Positions 25,257 through 38,600 of a stretch of DNA of 64,000 bases are shown here, piece by piece. Source of the DNA: Macrostomum lignano (lineage: Eukaryota); NCBI GenBank assembly GCA_002269645.1, contig NIVC01000801.1, forward strand, positions 59,484 through 123,483, given 5' to 3'. The position numbers were made by a program, and so were the translations under genes. The notes under the pieces were generated by a model, which ran no database searches, had not been told where the DNA came from, and saw nothing but the letters and a program-made list of their open reading frames with translations. How positions within the stretch are numbered: position 1 is the stretch's first letter; every line of letters begins with the position of its first letter.

Positions 25257-28200
25257 TCAGAACAGGCCCACCTTTCTCTTCATATCGTTTCTCTTCCACT
25301 CCGGCAGCAGGCAGAACTGCCGCTTGGGAAGGCCGCGAAACACCTTGGCGAACTCGGCTTCGTCCAGATGCTCCTCGAGACGCGCCGGGTCCGCGTCCTT
25401 GGGCGGCGGCCGGCAGCGCAGCGCCTCGTACGGGTAGAGCTTGGGCGGCGACGGGCCCGGGTTCAGCGGCGCTGGCCGCAGTCCGAGAATGTCCGGATAG
25501 GCGGCCAGGAGGTCCTCCATGCGGCCGGCCGCTCGGCGGTTCCGTTGCTGCGGCAGGCTGGCGGACTTGCCGTGCTGCTGCCGCTGCTGAAGCTCCTCGG
25601 CGTCTCCGGCGAGGCTGCCGTCGCCGTTGCTGCTCCGCTTGGGCGGGTCGAAGGCCAGCGGCATGCGGGCGCGGCTGCCGCGGTGCTGCTGCCGAATGGA
25701 GTCCGCGTCCGACTCGTCCTGGGCTCCGTTGCCTGCGGGGGGGGGGAGTGGGATTAATGAGATGGGATTAATGAGATGGGATTAATGAGATGGGATTAAT
25801 GAGATGGGATTGATGAGATGGGATTGGGGATTGGTGAGATGGGATTGGGGACTGATGAGATGGGATTGGGGACTGATGAGATGGGATTGGGGACTGATGA
25901 GATGGGATTGATGACAGATGAGATGGGATTGGGGATTGATGAGATGGGATTGGGGATTGATGAGATGGGATTGGGGATTGATGAGATGGGATTGGGGACT
26001 GATGAGATGGGATTGGGGATTGATGAGATAGGATTGGTGAGATGGGATCAGAAAGTAAGGATTCCAGATTTATGAACTGGCCGGAATCCGAGTAGAGGGA
26101 ATTCGCTACCTCTGAACTGCAACGCCAATTATGATCAGCGGGTATGCAGGTGGAGACGGCTTGATGTGTGCGAAATTTTTTTTTTCATTTAGAGAGTCAA
26201 AAATTCTTCATAAAAAACTTTTTTCCCGACCAAATCCAGACCGGGAGCCACGTGGCGGAGCGCACACAAACAAAAAACATTCGAAATTCGAGCCAAGTCG
26301 GTGCTCGCTCAGCAACTGAACTTTGCCCACACCTGCTTGGCCTCGAAAGCAGACTTCCCACCAAAAAAGCACGCCGGCCAGAAAGACACGGAAAAATAAC
26401 AAAAAAGGCAGAACTCAAGCTCACTTAGTGCGCAAAAGGAAAGCAAGCCCCTAGCAGGTATATAGACCTACTAATTAGCATATTTGCTTGTTTTGAAAAA
26501 TACCGAATTATTTTTAAAAATTACATTAGCATATGCAGTTCCGTCTGGCATATCTGGATGCTAATTTTCTCTTTGCTGGCAAGGACTTCTGGGCCACTGC
26601 AGCTGCAATGTCCCGCGCTTTTGGACCGCTGCCAAAGCTTAAGGCTTTTAGCTATTAGGTCCTCCATTCTGGGCCGCTGCAACCCCCAGGGTCCTCCATT
26701 CTGGGCCGCTGCAACCCCCAGGGTCCTCCATTCTGGGCCGCTGCTACCCCAGGGTCCTCCATTCTGGGCCGCTGCTACCCCCAGGGTCCTCCATTCTGGG
26801 CCGCTGCTACCCCCAGGGTCCTCCATTCTGGGCCGCTGCTACCCCCCCGGGGTCCTCCATTCTGGGCCGCTGCTACCCCAGGGTCCTCCATTCTGGGCCG
26901 CTGCTACCCCCAGGGTCCTCCATTCTGGGCCGCTGCTACCCCAGGGTCCTCCATTCTGGGCCGCTGCTACCCCCCGGGGTCCTCCATTCTGGGCCGCTGC
27001 TACCCCAGGGTCGTCCATTCCGGGCCGCTGCAACCCCCAGGGACCTCCATTCTGGGCCGCTGCAACCCCCAGGGTCCTCCATTCTGGGCCGCTGCTACCC
27101 CCAGGGTCCTCCATTCTGGGCCGCTGCTACCCCCAGGGTCCTCCATTCTGGGCCGCTGCTACACCCCGGGTCCTCCATTCCGGGCCGCTGCTACCCCCAG
27201 GGTCGTCCATTCTGGGCCGCTGCTACAATTCCAGGGTCCTCTATTCTGGGCCGCTGCTACAACCCTAGGGTCCTCCATTCTGGGCCGCTGCTACCAGTGC
27301 TACCAGCACAGGTCATAAGAACAGAAACTGAGGTCAAACAAGCCCCATAACACGAAGGCAAATAAAATTCCTAAACCAGAAACAACAGGGGACGCCACTC
27401 CTACTCATGCCATATTAAGCGGTAAAACAAGCAGGGTGAATGCCAGGCATTTCGAGAATAAATTCACTCTTGCACACACCGACCGACTGTCTCCTCTCTC
27501 ACTAATAGCATGAAGTGCGCCAGCATGACCGCGGCTTGCCCGAACAAGCAGACTGGGGGACTGAGGGAGAGAGTGCCAAATATTGCAGGGCCAGGGTGTT
27601 GGGACAGGGGCGGCGCCAGTGCAACGAATTTAAGTGACAACCACTTGCGAGACAAAGAGTGATTATTTTAAGCATAACTTTATTAAAGGCGATGACCAGA
27701 TAATACACGATTCGCCTAATGGCAGCTTGACCAGGTAGATCCAATGAGCAATGACCAAGTAGATGAGCAGACAGGAAGACAGACATGATGGACAATGACC
27801 AGATACTTATAGAATCATATAGACCCAATTAGCAATGACCAGATATACTCAGAACCATATAGACCCATTAAAAATGACCAGTCAGATGTACCTAATGAGC
27901 AGAGCAATGACCAGTCAGATGTACCCAATGAGCAGAGCAATGACCAGTCAGATGTACCCAATGAGCAGAGCAATGACCAGTCAGATGTTCTCAATGAGCA
28001 GAGCAATGACCAGTCAGATGTTCTCAATGAGCAGAGCAATGACCAGTCAGATGTTCTCAATGAGCAGAGCAATGACCAGTCAGATGTACCCAATGAGCAG
28101 AGCAATGACCAGGTCAGATGTACCCAATGAGCAGAGCAATGACCAGGTCAGATGTACCGAATGAGCAGATCAATGACCAGTCAGATGCACCCAATGAGCA

Positions 28201-29452
28201 GATCAATGACAGTCAGATGCACCCAATAAGCAAGACACTCACCAAGTAGCAGGGCGGCGCCCAGTCCGCCAACTTCAATCTTGCCGTCGGCCAGTTCCTG
28301 TTCGAGTTTGCTCCGCCTTGGCCGCTGCTGCTGCTGCCGCCGCTGCTGCTGCTCAAGCTCCTGAGTCTCCCGCTGAGCATGGAACCCGTTCGACCCGTCG
28401 ATGCTGTCGTCCTCGTCGCCGCGGTGGCGCCTGCCCAGCTCGGCCAGCAGCAGGCTGGAGAAGGCGGGAGCCGGCCAGTTGTCCCGCTCGATCGGGGCCG
28501 GCCTGCTCAGGTCGGGCTTGGAGCCGCCCGGATACAGGCTCAGCAGCAGCGGGTCGTCTCCTGGCGACGGCGACAGAGACCTCGGCGTCCGTCTGCCGCT
28601 GCCGCCGGCGGCCACGGAGCCGGGGTGGGTGCTGCGAGAGGCCAGGCTGGCCTGGCGGGACACGCGGCTGGGCGGCAGGTGGAAATGCTGCGGGCTGGGG
28701 GCGCCGCTGCCGGTCACGGAGCCGCACACGGACGGGCTGGTGGTCCGCCTGTACCGGTCGTTCGGGTGAGTCCGCTGCTCTGTCTCCTGCTCCATGCTCA
28801 GGTAGGACCTGGCCAGCAGGTGCGACCCGAAGCCGCTGGGGAAGCGGCGGTGAACAACGCTGCCGCTGCCGCCGATGATGCTGCTGCTGCCGCCGCCGCG
28901 GTCGCCGAGGCCGGACTCGGACGGGCAGGAGAAGCTGGTGGGGCTGTGCTGGTGCTGCTGATAGGCCAGGTGCTGAGGATAGGCTCTGGACAGCGGCGTG
29001 CTGCTGCTGGCGCCCCCGGCCACTGTGGAATCCGAGTCCAGCGCCCGCTGGTGATGCCCGTTGCCATTGGAAACGCTGGAGGCTGCGCGGCCGGTGCGCT
29101 GGGAGCAGGCCTTGCACAGGTAGAGCTGGTTGGACCACTGGGTGACGCGGTCGCCAGGCGCGAACGGGCTGTCGCAGGACTGGCACTTGAAGCAGCGGGG
29201 GTGGAAGGTGCTGCCGAGGGCGGTGATCACCTCCCCGGTGACGTACTCGGTGCAGATGCGGCAGCGGACGCCGAACAGTTTCTGATAGTCGTCCGGGCAG
29301 TAGAACTTGGCCTCGCGCACAAAGAAGCCGCCCTTCTCCAGGCCCACCGAGCAGGCGGCGCACTTGAAGCAGTCGCGGTGCATGTACTTCTCCTGCACTC
29401 GGAGCACCTCGCCTTTGCAGCGCTTCTGGCAGGCTATGCAGTACACCTTCAT
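25257..29452 (-). CDS. Actin-binding LIM protein-like (abLIM/UNC-115 family): 2 LIM domains plus C-terminal villin headpiece, ~561 aa
   Basis: Exons 29452-28243 and 25732-25257 join in phase 1. LIM1 CIACQKRCKGEVLRV..H..CF.C..C, LIM2 CRICTEYVTGEVITALG..FHPRCF, headpiece YPYEAL...LEEHL...EF..VF...LPEWKRNDMKRKVGLF*. Splice acceptor at 29471-29472 upstream of the ATG. Confidence 0.88.
25750..26046. repeat. 14/21-bp minisatellite (GATGAGATGGGATTGGGGATT)n
   Basis: Intronic, abuts the acceptor of the headpiece exon. Confidence 0.9.
26655..27297. repeat. 32-33-bp minisatellite (CCCAGGGTCCTCCATTCTGGGCCGCTGCTACC)n
   Basis: Direct tandem units. Confidence 0.95.
27815..28228. repeat. 33-bp minisatellite (AATGAGCAGAGCAATGACCAGTCAGATGTACCC)n
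   Basis: Intronic, abuts the donor at 28241-2. Confidence 0.95.
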
Positions 29453-32410
29453 GGATGAGCGGGTCGCGGGCTGCAAGGTGAGCAGCTCATATATAAGCTA
29501 AATACTGCCTTGCGTGCGGCCTCGAATGGGAGGTCAAGAGGGGTCAAGTGTGCCTAAATTATTATTCTTATTATTATTGAGACGATTGCGCAACGATCCG
29601 AGAAACAGCGCCTGGATTATAAAAGCAAAGCAAACACCCCACAAGCTGTCAGTTATATATGATGTATGCGCAGTAATTATAGCCTCTGGCCTCCTGTTAT
29701 TTTCCCGATGCTAAAAATAGCACTAGCCAATCGGGCTGGACGAAAACCAGTTGTGCACACAGCTCCAGCGCTATCATTATCTTACCCTTCACTCTATGCG
29801 TCAAATGAATGACAGACTCGTGTTTTTTATTGACAAATACATTGCCTGGCTGTTAGACAAAAGCTCAGTCATGTGCATGAGTAATATGCTCATCAACAAC
29901 CGAATAGCTGAGATGAAAATTAACTATAATGACTCAATGATTATTAGCAGATTTCAGACATGGAAAGATTACAAGGCATTACAAGACATTAAAAGGATAC
30001 AGGGTTAATGCCACTGCAAATTGGCATATTGCATTAGAGGGAGGGCTGATCTATTTACCTGATTATTTGCTATAAAACAGCTTCAGAGCAGAAGAGATCA
30101 GTAAATTAAAAACAAAAAGACCAATTACTGTTACTTTTATTGAATAGCACTAAAAGCCCAAGATACTAATAGGTAGCATTAATAATAAATTAAAAAAATC
30201 AAAACTTCAAATACTAATGTTTTTACCTTACTTCTTAGATTGTTCAAAGCTTTTAACCTATAAAATTAGCAAAATTCTGCACACTATTTTGTTTATAGAT
30301 AAGTAGTATTATCTAGAGATTAGATAAGAAATACAATGGAGATATAATGTAGATAGAGATACAAATTAATATTTAACTCCTATAAAAGTTATTCAGTATA
30401 CAGCTATACTAAAAATCTTAATTAATCTTATCTACAAGGGCTGTCCCAAAAGTGGTGCTACTTTTATTATATCTCTCATTTTACACAATTTTATAGCAGC
30501 AACTCTCTTCTTAACATTAACTTTAACATCTATAAAATCAGACAATGGAAACAAAAGTTACAAACTAAAATGTAGTAGAAGCTTGACAATAGACTTATAG
30601 TAAATTAACAAGCTAGTAGAAAGTAACAAAAGTTTTATTTTATTTTATTTTCATAATGCATTTTAAACTAATACAAGTTGATTAATTGAGTTTATGCATG
30701 ATTGATGTTTTTATAGCTTAGCCCTTTTATTAGCTTGTACTATTAATAATATAAAGTATAAAGGGTTATAGGTCAAAAGGGCAACAGATCAATTGTCATA
30801 TAAATAATATACTATGACTATTGCCCTTTTGAATATCACCCTTTAATTGGTTCCTAGTATAAAGGGTATTTCAAAAAAAGCAAACAAGAAATCAAGAATG
30901 CAACTTATTCAGTTTCAAAAGGATAGATTTGTAGTTAAATATAACTAGACTATAGCTATTATTATAATTATAAAGTACAATATATAGAATAGTATATAAA
31001 ACTACGTCTAGTATTTGTTTTATTTTAGTTATTGTATAAATAACAACTACTATTTACACTGCACTGTTCAAATAACAAGTGCCCTTTTTCTAATATAAAG
31101 GATTAGGGTCTACTTTTATTGTCTCTAGACCCTAGAAAAAACAACTTTTTAGGCTTTCTTAATCTTAAATAAAAAAACAAAAAGTGATACATTGGGTAGC
31201 AAGTCCTGTGAGCTATATACAAGGTAGGAAAAATGGAAAAAAACAACTAACTGATTGAATTATGCAAATATGAAAAAAGTTACACTTGGTCAAACTTAAT
31301 ACATTTTGTATTTAATTTATAAAATGAAGCTGAAAAATAGGAAAACATATGCTTCTAGAAAATTGAAAATCATTGCAAAATTAAAGGAATAATAACACAA
31401 TACCCCATATACCCCTTTAAAAGGCTAGCAAAATTTTGTTTTTGAGTTTTTGTCCTTAAAAAAACTATCAATGGAACTTTTGAATAATGTTTTCTATTAT
31501 ACTAGCCACATAGTTTCCAATGTAGAAAACTGCTTGTTTATATGTATTCCTGCATTTACACAATAGCAATTCAAAGTTGGAGCCAAAATACATGTAAACT
31601 TCTATTTAAAATAAAAAATGTTGTACAATTTTTACAAATATTAGCTATAATAGCTAAAACAATTTGAATTAAATGTGCGAAACTAGAATTTCGTCCAAAC
31701 TAGTGCATAACCATAATTCTAGTTTCGCACATTTAATTCAAACTGTTTTTAAAATGACAGTTAATGACAGTTTTGTTTTATGTTTCATGCCTCAGACGGC
31801 ATAATAGTATGCCACCCAGAAAAGGATGTTCCCAAAGCCTAGAAGATTGTCGAAAATTGCATTATAGAATTGCATTATAACACTAAAAGTGTTATTAAAA
31901 TCTCACTGGACTCTCTACATTGGGATATCAGGCTAGGCATACAAAGAAATTGATCATTGCAAACCCAAACCTAATAGCCATCCATAGGATCTTACTAGGC
32001 TTAGGCTAGACTAGAAATTTTAGACATAGCCATAGGCTTAGGCATAATACTAATAGCCTAATAGGCTTATTTAGTATCTTAAAATAAATCCTATATTATT
32101 TCTAGTATGAGATATAATCAACTTTTTAAGATTAAGGAATTAATTAATGAAGTAGGCCCTATAATTTTTACTAGGATTCTCGGATTTCAAGAAATAGGTC
32201 TAGCTAGGGGCTAGGAATAAGGCCTAGGCCTACTATCTAATATCTAATTTATTTATCATATTAGTTAAAGTAAAAAAATACATAAAAAGGTGCCTGAGTG
32301 ATAGCTTAGTAATACTATAATACATAAGAGCCATATGTTGTATTGCTAATTTCTGCAACTCCAAGTCCAACGCCTGTTGTCATGTAGACAGGTCAAGACC
32401 AGACACCAAC

Positions 32411-34007
32411 GTAGTAGTAAGTAGTAGTAGTAGTAAGAGAATTTGGCTCAGGCAATTAGCCTGTTTGGCCAATATATTATAGAGCTATGTATTTGGAAAA
32501 ATTTTCGAAATAGAAGTTTATAAAGACGATTTGACGACGATTTGCCGAATTATTGTAAAAGATAAAGTATTTGAAAGCGCGCCAGAATTTTTACGGTATT
32601 TTTGGACGAAAAGTGACGACTAACAACTAACAACGAGTATAAAATATTAATACAAAAATGAGTACAAATTACGAGATATAGCTTTAATTGCGAGATTACT
32701 TTGGTAAGCGAGTTTGTAAAAAAAAAAGATGTAGTATTTTTGAAAGCGCGTGATATTTCAAAGCGTGAAAAACGAACATGAACAATACTTCGAAAGAACT
32801 TTACGTTTAACGAATAACGATGATTTAAATATAGGGAATTAAAAAAGACAGTAAATGAATAAACAACTGAAAAGCGGATTTGTTAAACTGCTAATGTATC
32901 TGATTCAGTTTGTTTAACTGTTTTAGCTATTCATGACTTCATATATTTTAGCTACACCAGTGAGTTCTTTTCTGACTCTTTTTTCGTTTGTAGCATATCC
33001 TATCTTGTGTATTTGATTGCTATTTAAGAGGTATTGACAGAAGTATTTCTTCCTGATCTCTTCAGTTTGTGGACATTCGGTCAAGTAGTGTAGAATGTCA
33101 GAACCATTTCGCACTCCACACATTTTACATGGTTCTTGAGAAAAAAAGTTGGGTGTAATCTCGCATTTCAGTTTTAGGAGGGTTGTTAAGAATTTTTTGT
33201 TTCTAAATGTACATGGAAAGAAATCTGAAAGGTCGGGCCTGCAGATTTTTTTGTAGAGATAGGCGTTTTTGTAGAGTTTAATATGTTGCTGATTCTCTAG
33301 CTTTTGGCTAAGTTCTCTTTCTCTGTGTATCTTGAGGTGCTTTTTCACTAGGTATTTCTCGTTATTAAAGCTTTGGGAAATTTTATCTTCAGTTAGTGCT
33401 TTTAGGTCTATACTTTCTAGTTTCTTTAGTACATTCATTTTCCATGGATTTTTTTGGCCGGTGTTTGAGTAGAAAATTTCTAGAGTCGTTTGGCAGAGTT
33501 TTTTGTGTCTAATCTTCAGCCAGTAGATGAGGTAGGATTTAGCGATTCGTTGAGAGATTGGAGTAAGCTCAAGTTCTGATGATATCACACTGTAGCTAGC
33601 AAATTTTGGTAGATTGAGGAGATATTTGTAGAATTTCAGCTGAATATTATCAATAGCTTTTGTATCAGACATGGTAGCCAGAGGGCCCCAGAGCTCACAA
33701 CCGTAAGTGATAACGGGGGTAACAAGCGCGTCGAATAGTCTGCGAATGAGTGTGATGTCTAGGGACGTATTCTTTACCCTATGGAGTAGGGAAAACATAG
33801 CTGTATATCCCTGCTTAGTTTGGTGTTCAATACATTTTTTAAAGCTGTTTTTTGGTTCAAAAATAATTCCCAGGTATTTAAATTCATTTACTTCCTCTAT
33901 TTCTTGGTTGTCGTAGTATATTTTTGTAGCAATGCTTTCTGTGTCGTTTTTTTGTCTGGTATTGCCCTGCATAAACTTTGTTTTGCTTGCATTTACTTTC
34001 AAGTAAT
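32411..34007 (-). mobile_element. LINE (non-LTR retrotransposon), 3' half: RT C-terminus, CCHC finger, 3' UTR and possible (TAC)n tail
   Basis: ORF 32923-34035: LKVNASKTKFM, FKYLGI, LFDALVTPVITYGCELWG, CKMC...HYLTEC. GTA-repeat at 32411-32436 is the putative tail. Confidence 0.85.
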
Positions 34008-35063
34008 TGATGTGTTCCTTATTACCAGTCCTCAACTGTAATCAAGGAACAATCACTTCTAGCTCTGTAGCTAGGCAACCCAGTAATCAAATGAAGGTAT
34101 TCAATTACCTTGATCCGGATTCCTTGATATCGTTCTTGAGTCGTTCGGTTCTGTAGATCTCTTAGACTTTTAGACGTCTTCAGATGTCGATCGGGTCCGA
34201 GTTTCCTTTTCTCTCCTTTCGAAGTATTTCCGGCCGGTATCTGTAGTGCGGACCAATGGGAAGCTTCCAAATTAACAATGGGTACCCTGCGCCAAATCTG
34301 CGGTTTAATATAAGCCTACTCCTTCTAGCAGTGCCTCTATGCACTCTAGGTATAGCTCCGGAAACCACTGATAGTCTTCTAAGACCTATCAGGGGCAGTC
34401 CTTCTGGAGACTGCAACCAGTGGAGTCTAAACAGACTCAAGAGTCTCAACAGACTCAAATAAACTCAAGTCTCAATAGACTTGAGCGAGACGTCTCAACC
34501 AACGGGCGCAAATGAGTAAGGCTTACCGCAAGAACTCGTCCACGACGCGAGTTTCTTCAGGAAGGCTTCACTAGAGCTTCCTCTTCGGAGCTTCTCTCTC
34601 TTGGAGATTTCTTGGCTCCGGGTCCGTTCCGGACCACTTGTATTTATAGGCAAATGGACCCCCATGAGGTCACGTGAGTCCAACTCTTCAGCTGTCAAAA
34701 AGGTCACGGTTTGGTTGCTGTCAAACTTGGCAGGGTAGAAAGTTATTCCATTGGTTCAGTGTAAAAGCGCGTGATTGGTCATCGCATTCGAGTTATTTTT
34801 AGTTACATTTGATTGGGTCACGTGCGTACAGTTGAATGATGCATCTTTCCTGGGGTTTGCGTTTGACAAGTACAGGTTACACGTGATTGGGTGATTTCTA
34901 AATTTAACATGCACAAGGTCTCTCTCTTCCTATTGGTTAGTCAGAATAAACTTATAATTCAAAGCATACCTTTATTCATGCTCTTCAACTTACTACTGAA
35001 TAAAATGTATGAGTAGTACATTAACACTTTTATGTCTTCTTACGGGAGGTAGAACACTCTACA
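34008..35063 (-). repeat. 3' LTR (1056 bp)
   Basis: Direct repeat of 43784-44839 (offset 9776); only one mismatch noticed by eye (C34783 vs T44559). Confidence 0.97.
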
Positions 35064-35281
35064 AAATCTCCCATGTTTACAAAAAACTCGTCCCGAGTTT
35101 TAAATAGAGGATTGAAACGCGTAAAAAGTTCGAGCATGTCTTTATAAAAATCTTTTGTCACAAGTGTTACAGGTATTTTGTAATGGGTAGTTAAGAGCGT
35201 TAGTTATAAAAGTTATTTAAAGGTAAGTATACGCATGCAAATAAAATGTTTTTGGTTACAGTATTGACATGTGCGCCAAGA

Positions 35282-35494
35282 CTAACAATAGGCGCACTGC
35301 CGCAAACTTCTTCTACCTATCGGGCAATTCTGCCAGAGCTGAATATAATGTGAGTCGCCTAAATATTGTCCGCATATGCGATGTCTGTTTTCACAAATAA
35401 TTGGTGGCTTGACAGCCAAGTCATCAGTTAAACATATTGGGCATTCGTAGAGTTGCTGTAATTGGGGCGCCTGTTTGGACAGTGCGTTGCCCAT
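35282..35494 (-). CDS. Small accessory ORF (70 aa): N-myristoylation motif plus degenerate SINA-type RING finger
   Basis: MGNALS (MGxxxS), Kozak ACAATGG; CPIC-x12-C-x3-H-x2-C-x2-[Y]-x12-CPI[G]R. Confidence 0.6.
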   Translation of the reverse strand: MGNALSKQAPQLQQLYECPICLTDDLAVKPPIICENRHRICGQYLGDSHYIQLWQNCPIGRRSLRQCAYC

Positions 35495-35605
35495 TGTCGT
35501 CGTCGCTTGAAGTTTGAAGTCGCTCAGATTAGTCGCCTCTTACGACAAGCTTGCGAAGCTGTAGAGCTATTCTGACCCGGTCTCTACACGGGTTATTTTC
35601 GCAAC

Positions 35606-38600
35606 TTAACGAGGTCGCAGATTATAGCCGTGCGGCTGGCTCTCGTTCGTTGTTTGAGTCTCCTCGTGTTTCGTTGCGATGTGGCGGTTTGTCGAACGCG
35701 TGCGGTCGGCATTGTCAAGTGACGGTAGAAATGTCGCCGTGTCAGTGTTGATCTTCTTTAGTCGATGAATGTGCACGTAGAATTGGTGCTGATGAGGATC
35801 TTGCACATTGGCCAGGCGTGCCGTTGTCGGTGACGTTAGTTGGACCACTCGATATGGTCCTTTGTACTTCTGTGCGTGTTTGTGCGTCTGTTGCGGCGGA
35901 TAGTGCAGGTAGACGATGTCGCCGGCTGTCAGAGTTGTCGATCTCGTGTCGGTGCCGGTGGTTAGAGCCACCTGATTGTCGATGTTGTGCTTGGCTACTT
36001 TCCATGCGAGGTGTAGTTGCGTGACGAACTTTTGAATGGACGTCGGGACTTCCACATATTGCGATGGTAGTAGTTGCTGTGCCAATAGGTTTGGCGGCTG
36101 GAAGTCTCGCCCAAACATTAGAAAGAATGGCGTATTATCCGTTGATCGATGAATAGCGCTGTTGTAGGCCATTGTTACTGCTTGCAGATAGATGATCCAG
36201 TCGTCTGGTTGTTGATGCGCGAAGTGTGTAATCATCTCGTGTAGGTTGCGGTGAAACCTTTCAACCATGTTCGCCTTCGGATTGTAGGTCGATGTGTAGA
36301 TCTGCGTGATGTTGAGGATCTTCACCACTTGCTGAAAGAGTTGAGACGTAAACTGCGATCCATTGTCCGATGTGAGGTTCTTTGTCGTACCGTACTTGCA
36401 GATGATGTCGTTGAAGAAACCCATTGCCACTGTCTGAGCTGTGATGTCCGGTATTGGTATGGCAATAGCAAACTTTGAGAAAATGTCCAAGGCGGTTAGG
36501 ATGTAGGTGTAGGCTATGCCATGGAGACAGCTCGGTGGCAGCGGTCCGGTGATGTCGATGCTGAGACAGTCCATAGTTGTTGACTTCGGTATCGATTGTA
36601 GCTGTGGTTTCTGTCGTCGCCCTGTCTTTGATGCTGCGCATGAGTGGCAATTGTTGCAATACTGTTTGATGTCGCCATGCATGCTTGGCCAAAAGTAGTA
36701 TTGCTCCACTCTTGCAATGGTTTTGGCTGCCGACAGGTGTCCAGCGAGTGGGTTGTCGTGCAGCTCGTTGAGAATGGCCTGCCTAAACGAATATGGCATG
36801 TAGATTCTAGGTTTGTTGTCACTCATCCAGTAGAGTCGTGACTTGTTGATTGTTAAATGTTGTCGCTGCTTGCGCAGGAATTTTCGTTCCACGGGGCTGA
36901 GCTTGATGTCCTTGTCGTTGTTTTTAACTGCTATGTAGAAGTTGTCGTGTTCAGTCTCATCCACCAATTCCTTGATGTTAGGGATTGGATGAATGGCGTT
37001 GACTTCGTAGGCTCTTGACAGAGCGTCCGCAGCCTTGTTAGTAATTCCTGGTTTGTAGACCAGCTTGTAGTTGTAGTCCTGGATCTTGAGCGTCATCCTG
37101 ATGAGTCGGTTATTTGTTTGTCCTTTTGTAGTTACGACGTAAGTCAGCGGTGCGTGATCTGTGCGTACTATCGTCGGTATTGGAGAACCATAGATGTAGT
37201 AATGGAACTGTCGTAGGGCGAACAAGACTCCTAGTAGCTCGCGTTCCGTAGCTGACCACTTTGTTTCATTTGGCTTGAGTGCTCGACTGACGTAGGCGAT
37301 AGGTCGCTCCTTCTTGTCCTCGGTTTCCTGTAGTAGGACGGCTCCGAGTCCCGTTCCTGAGGCGTCTGTCTCGATGATGAAGGGTTTGTCGAAGTCCGGA
37401 TGCTGTAGTAGTGCGTCTGATGTCAGTTGTCGTTTGATTTCGTCGAAACTCTCTTGCTGCTTTTGCGTCCAGTTCTCTCGTTTCCACTTGTCGAATTTGA
37501 GCAGGTCGTACAGCGGTTTTGCTGTCTTCGCGAAGTTCGGTAAAAACTTTCGGAAGTATTGCGCTAGTCCAAGAAACGATTGGACCTTCGTAATGCTAGT
37601 TGGCGTAGGAAACTTTTTTACTTTCTCCACATTGTCTGGGTCCGGTGAGATTCCTTTGGCTGTCACTTGGTGTCCTAGGTAACGTACGTTGTCTCGGAAG
37701 AATTTGCATTTCGTCGGTTGTAGCTTAAGACCTTGGCGTTGAATGAGCGCTAGGGCCTTCTCCGTAGCTTCATAGAGTCGTTGGAAGTCTTCTCCGTAGG
37801 CCAAGATGTCGTCGACATAGTGCAGCAGGTTTGTGCATCCTGCAAGCATGTATGCCGTTAGTCGGCTCATTGTTGCTGGGCTGTTGCTGAGTCCCATTGG
37901 CGATCGGTTGTACTCGTAGACTTGTCCATTGTAGGTCTTAAAAGCCGTGTACTGTCGTGATTCTTTCTCGATTTCAATTTGCCAAAATCCATGACGTAGG
38001 TCGAACACCGTGAACAATTTTGCTGTGTTGAGCTTTGCTAGTAGCTCGGAGATCTTTGGTAGGCTTTGCTGATCCGTCGGTATGTACTTGTTTAGCAGTC
38101 TGAAGTCGCATACAAGTCGTCTTTCGTTAGTCTCCTTCTTTTGTACCAGTAGGCACGGTGAGGAATAGGCTGAAATTGCTTTGCTGATGATGCCGTGCTT
38201 TAGCATTTTATCAATAATTTCGTCAAAGTGTTGTTGCAGATGCTTGGCAATCGGGTACGGCTTGCACTGAATTGGTTCAGTGTGCGGTAGAAGCTTGATT
38301 TCTTGTTTAATGTCTTTAGCGCGTCCGATGTCGTAATCATGATGGCAGAAGGCTTCGTTGTACTTCCACAACAGTTGTCGAACTTTCTTCTTTTGCTGTT
38401 CCGTGATCGGGCTGTCGTCCAAGTTGATTTTCTTTTGAAATTCTTCTTCTGTTAGTCGTGGAGTCGTGTGCTCAATCAGCATAACTGATGCTTGAGTGTT
38501 GAGATGACCGATGCACATTCCTTGTCGTAGATGAACCATTTCCGCGTTCGGGTTGAAGATTTGTACTGGCAGCTGCTTATCTTTCGCCACCAGCACTAGT

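Noticed and set aside
28318-29458. Overlapping and antisense ORFs over GC-rich exons (also 7946-8887, 25190-25771)
   Set aside because: Shadow ORFs expected from GC-rich codon usage; low-complexity translations
34008-34035. N-terminus MRTGNKEHIN of the 370-aa LINE ORF
   Set aside because: It derives from LTR sequence; the true upstream LINE sequence is at 44840 onward
34022-34707. Short ORFs (82, 92, 68, 70 aa) duplicated at 43798-44483
   Set aside because: They lie in the LTRs, have no recognisable domains and are duplicated only because the LTR is
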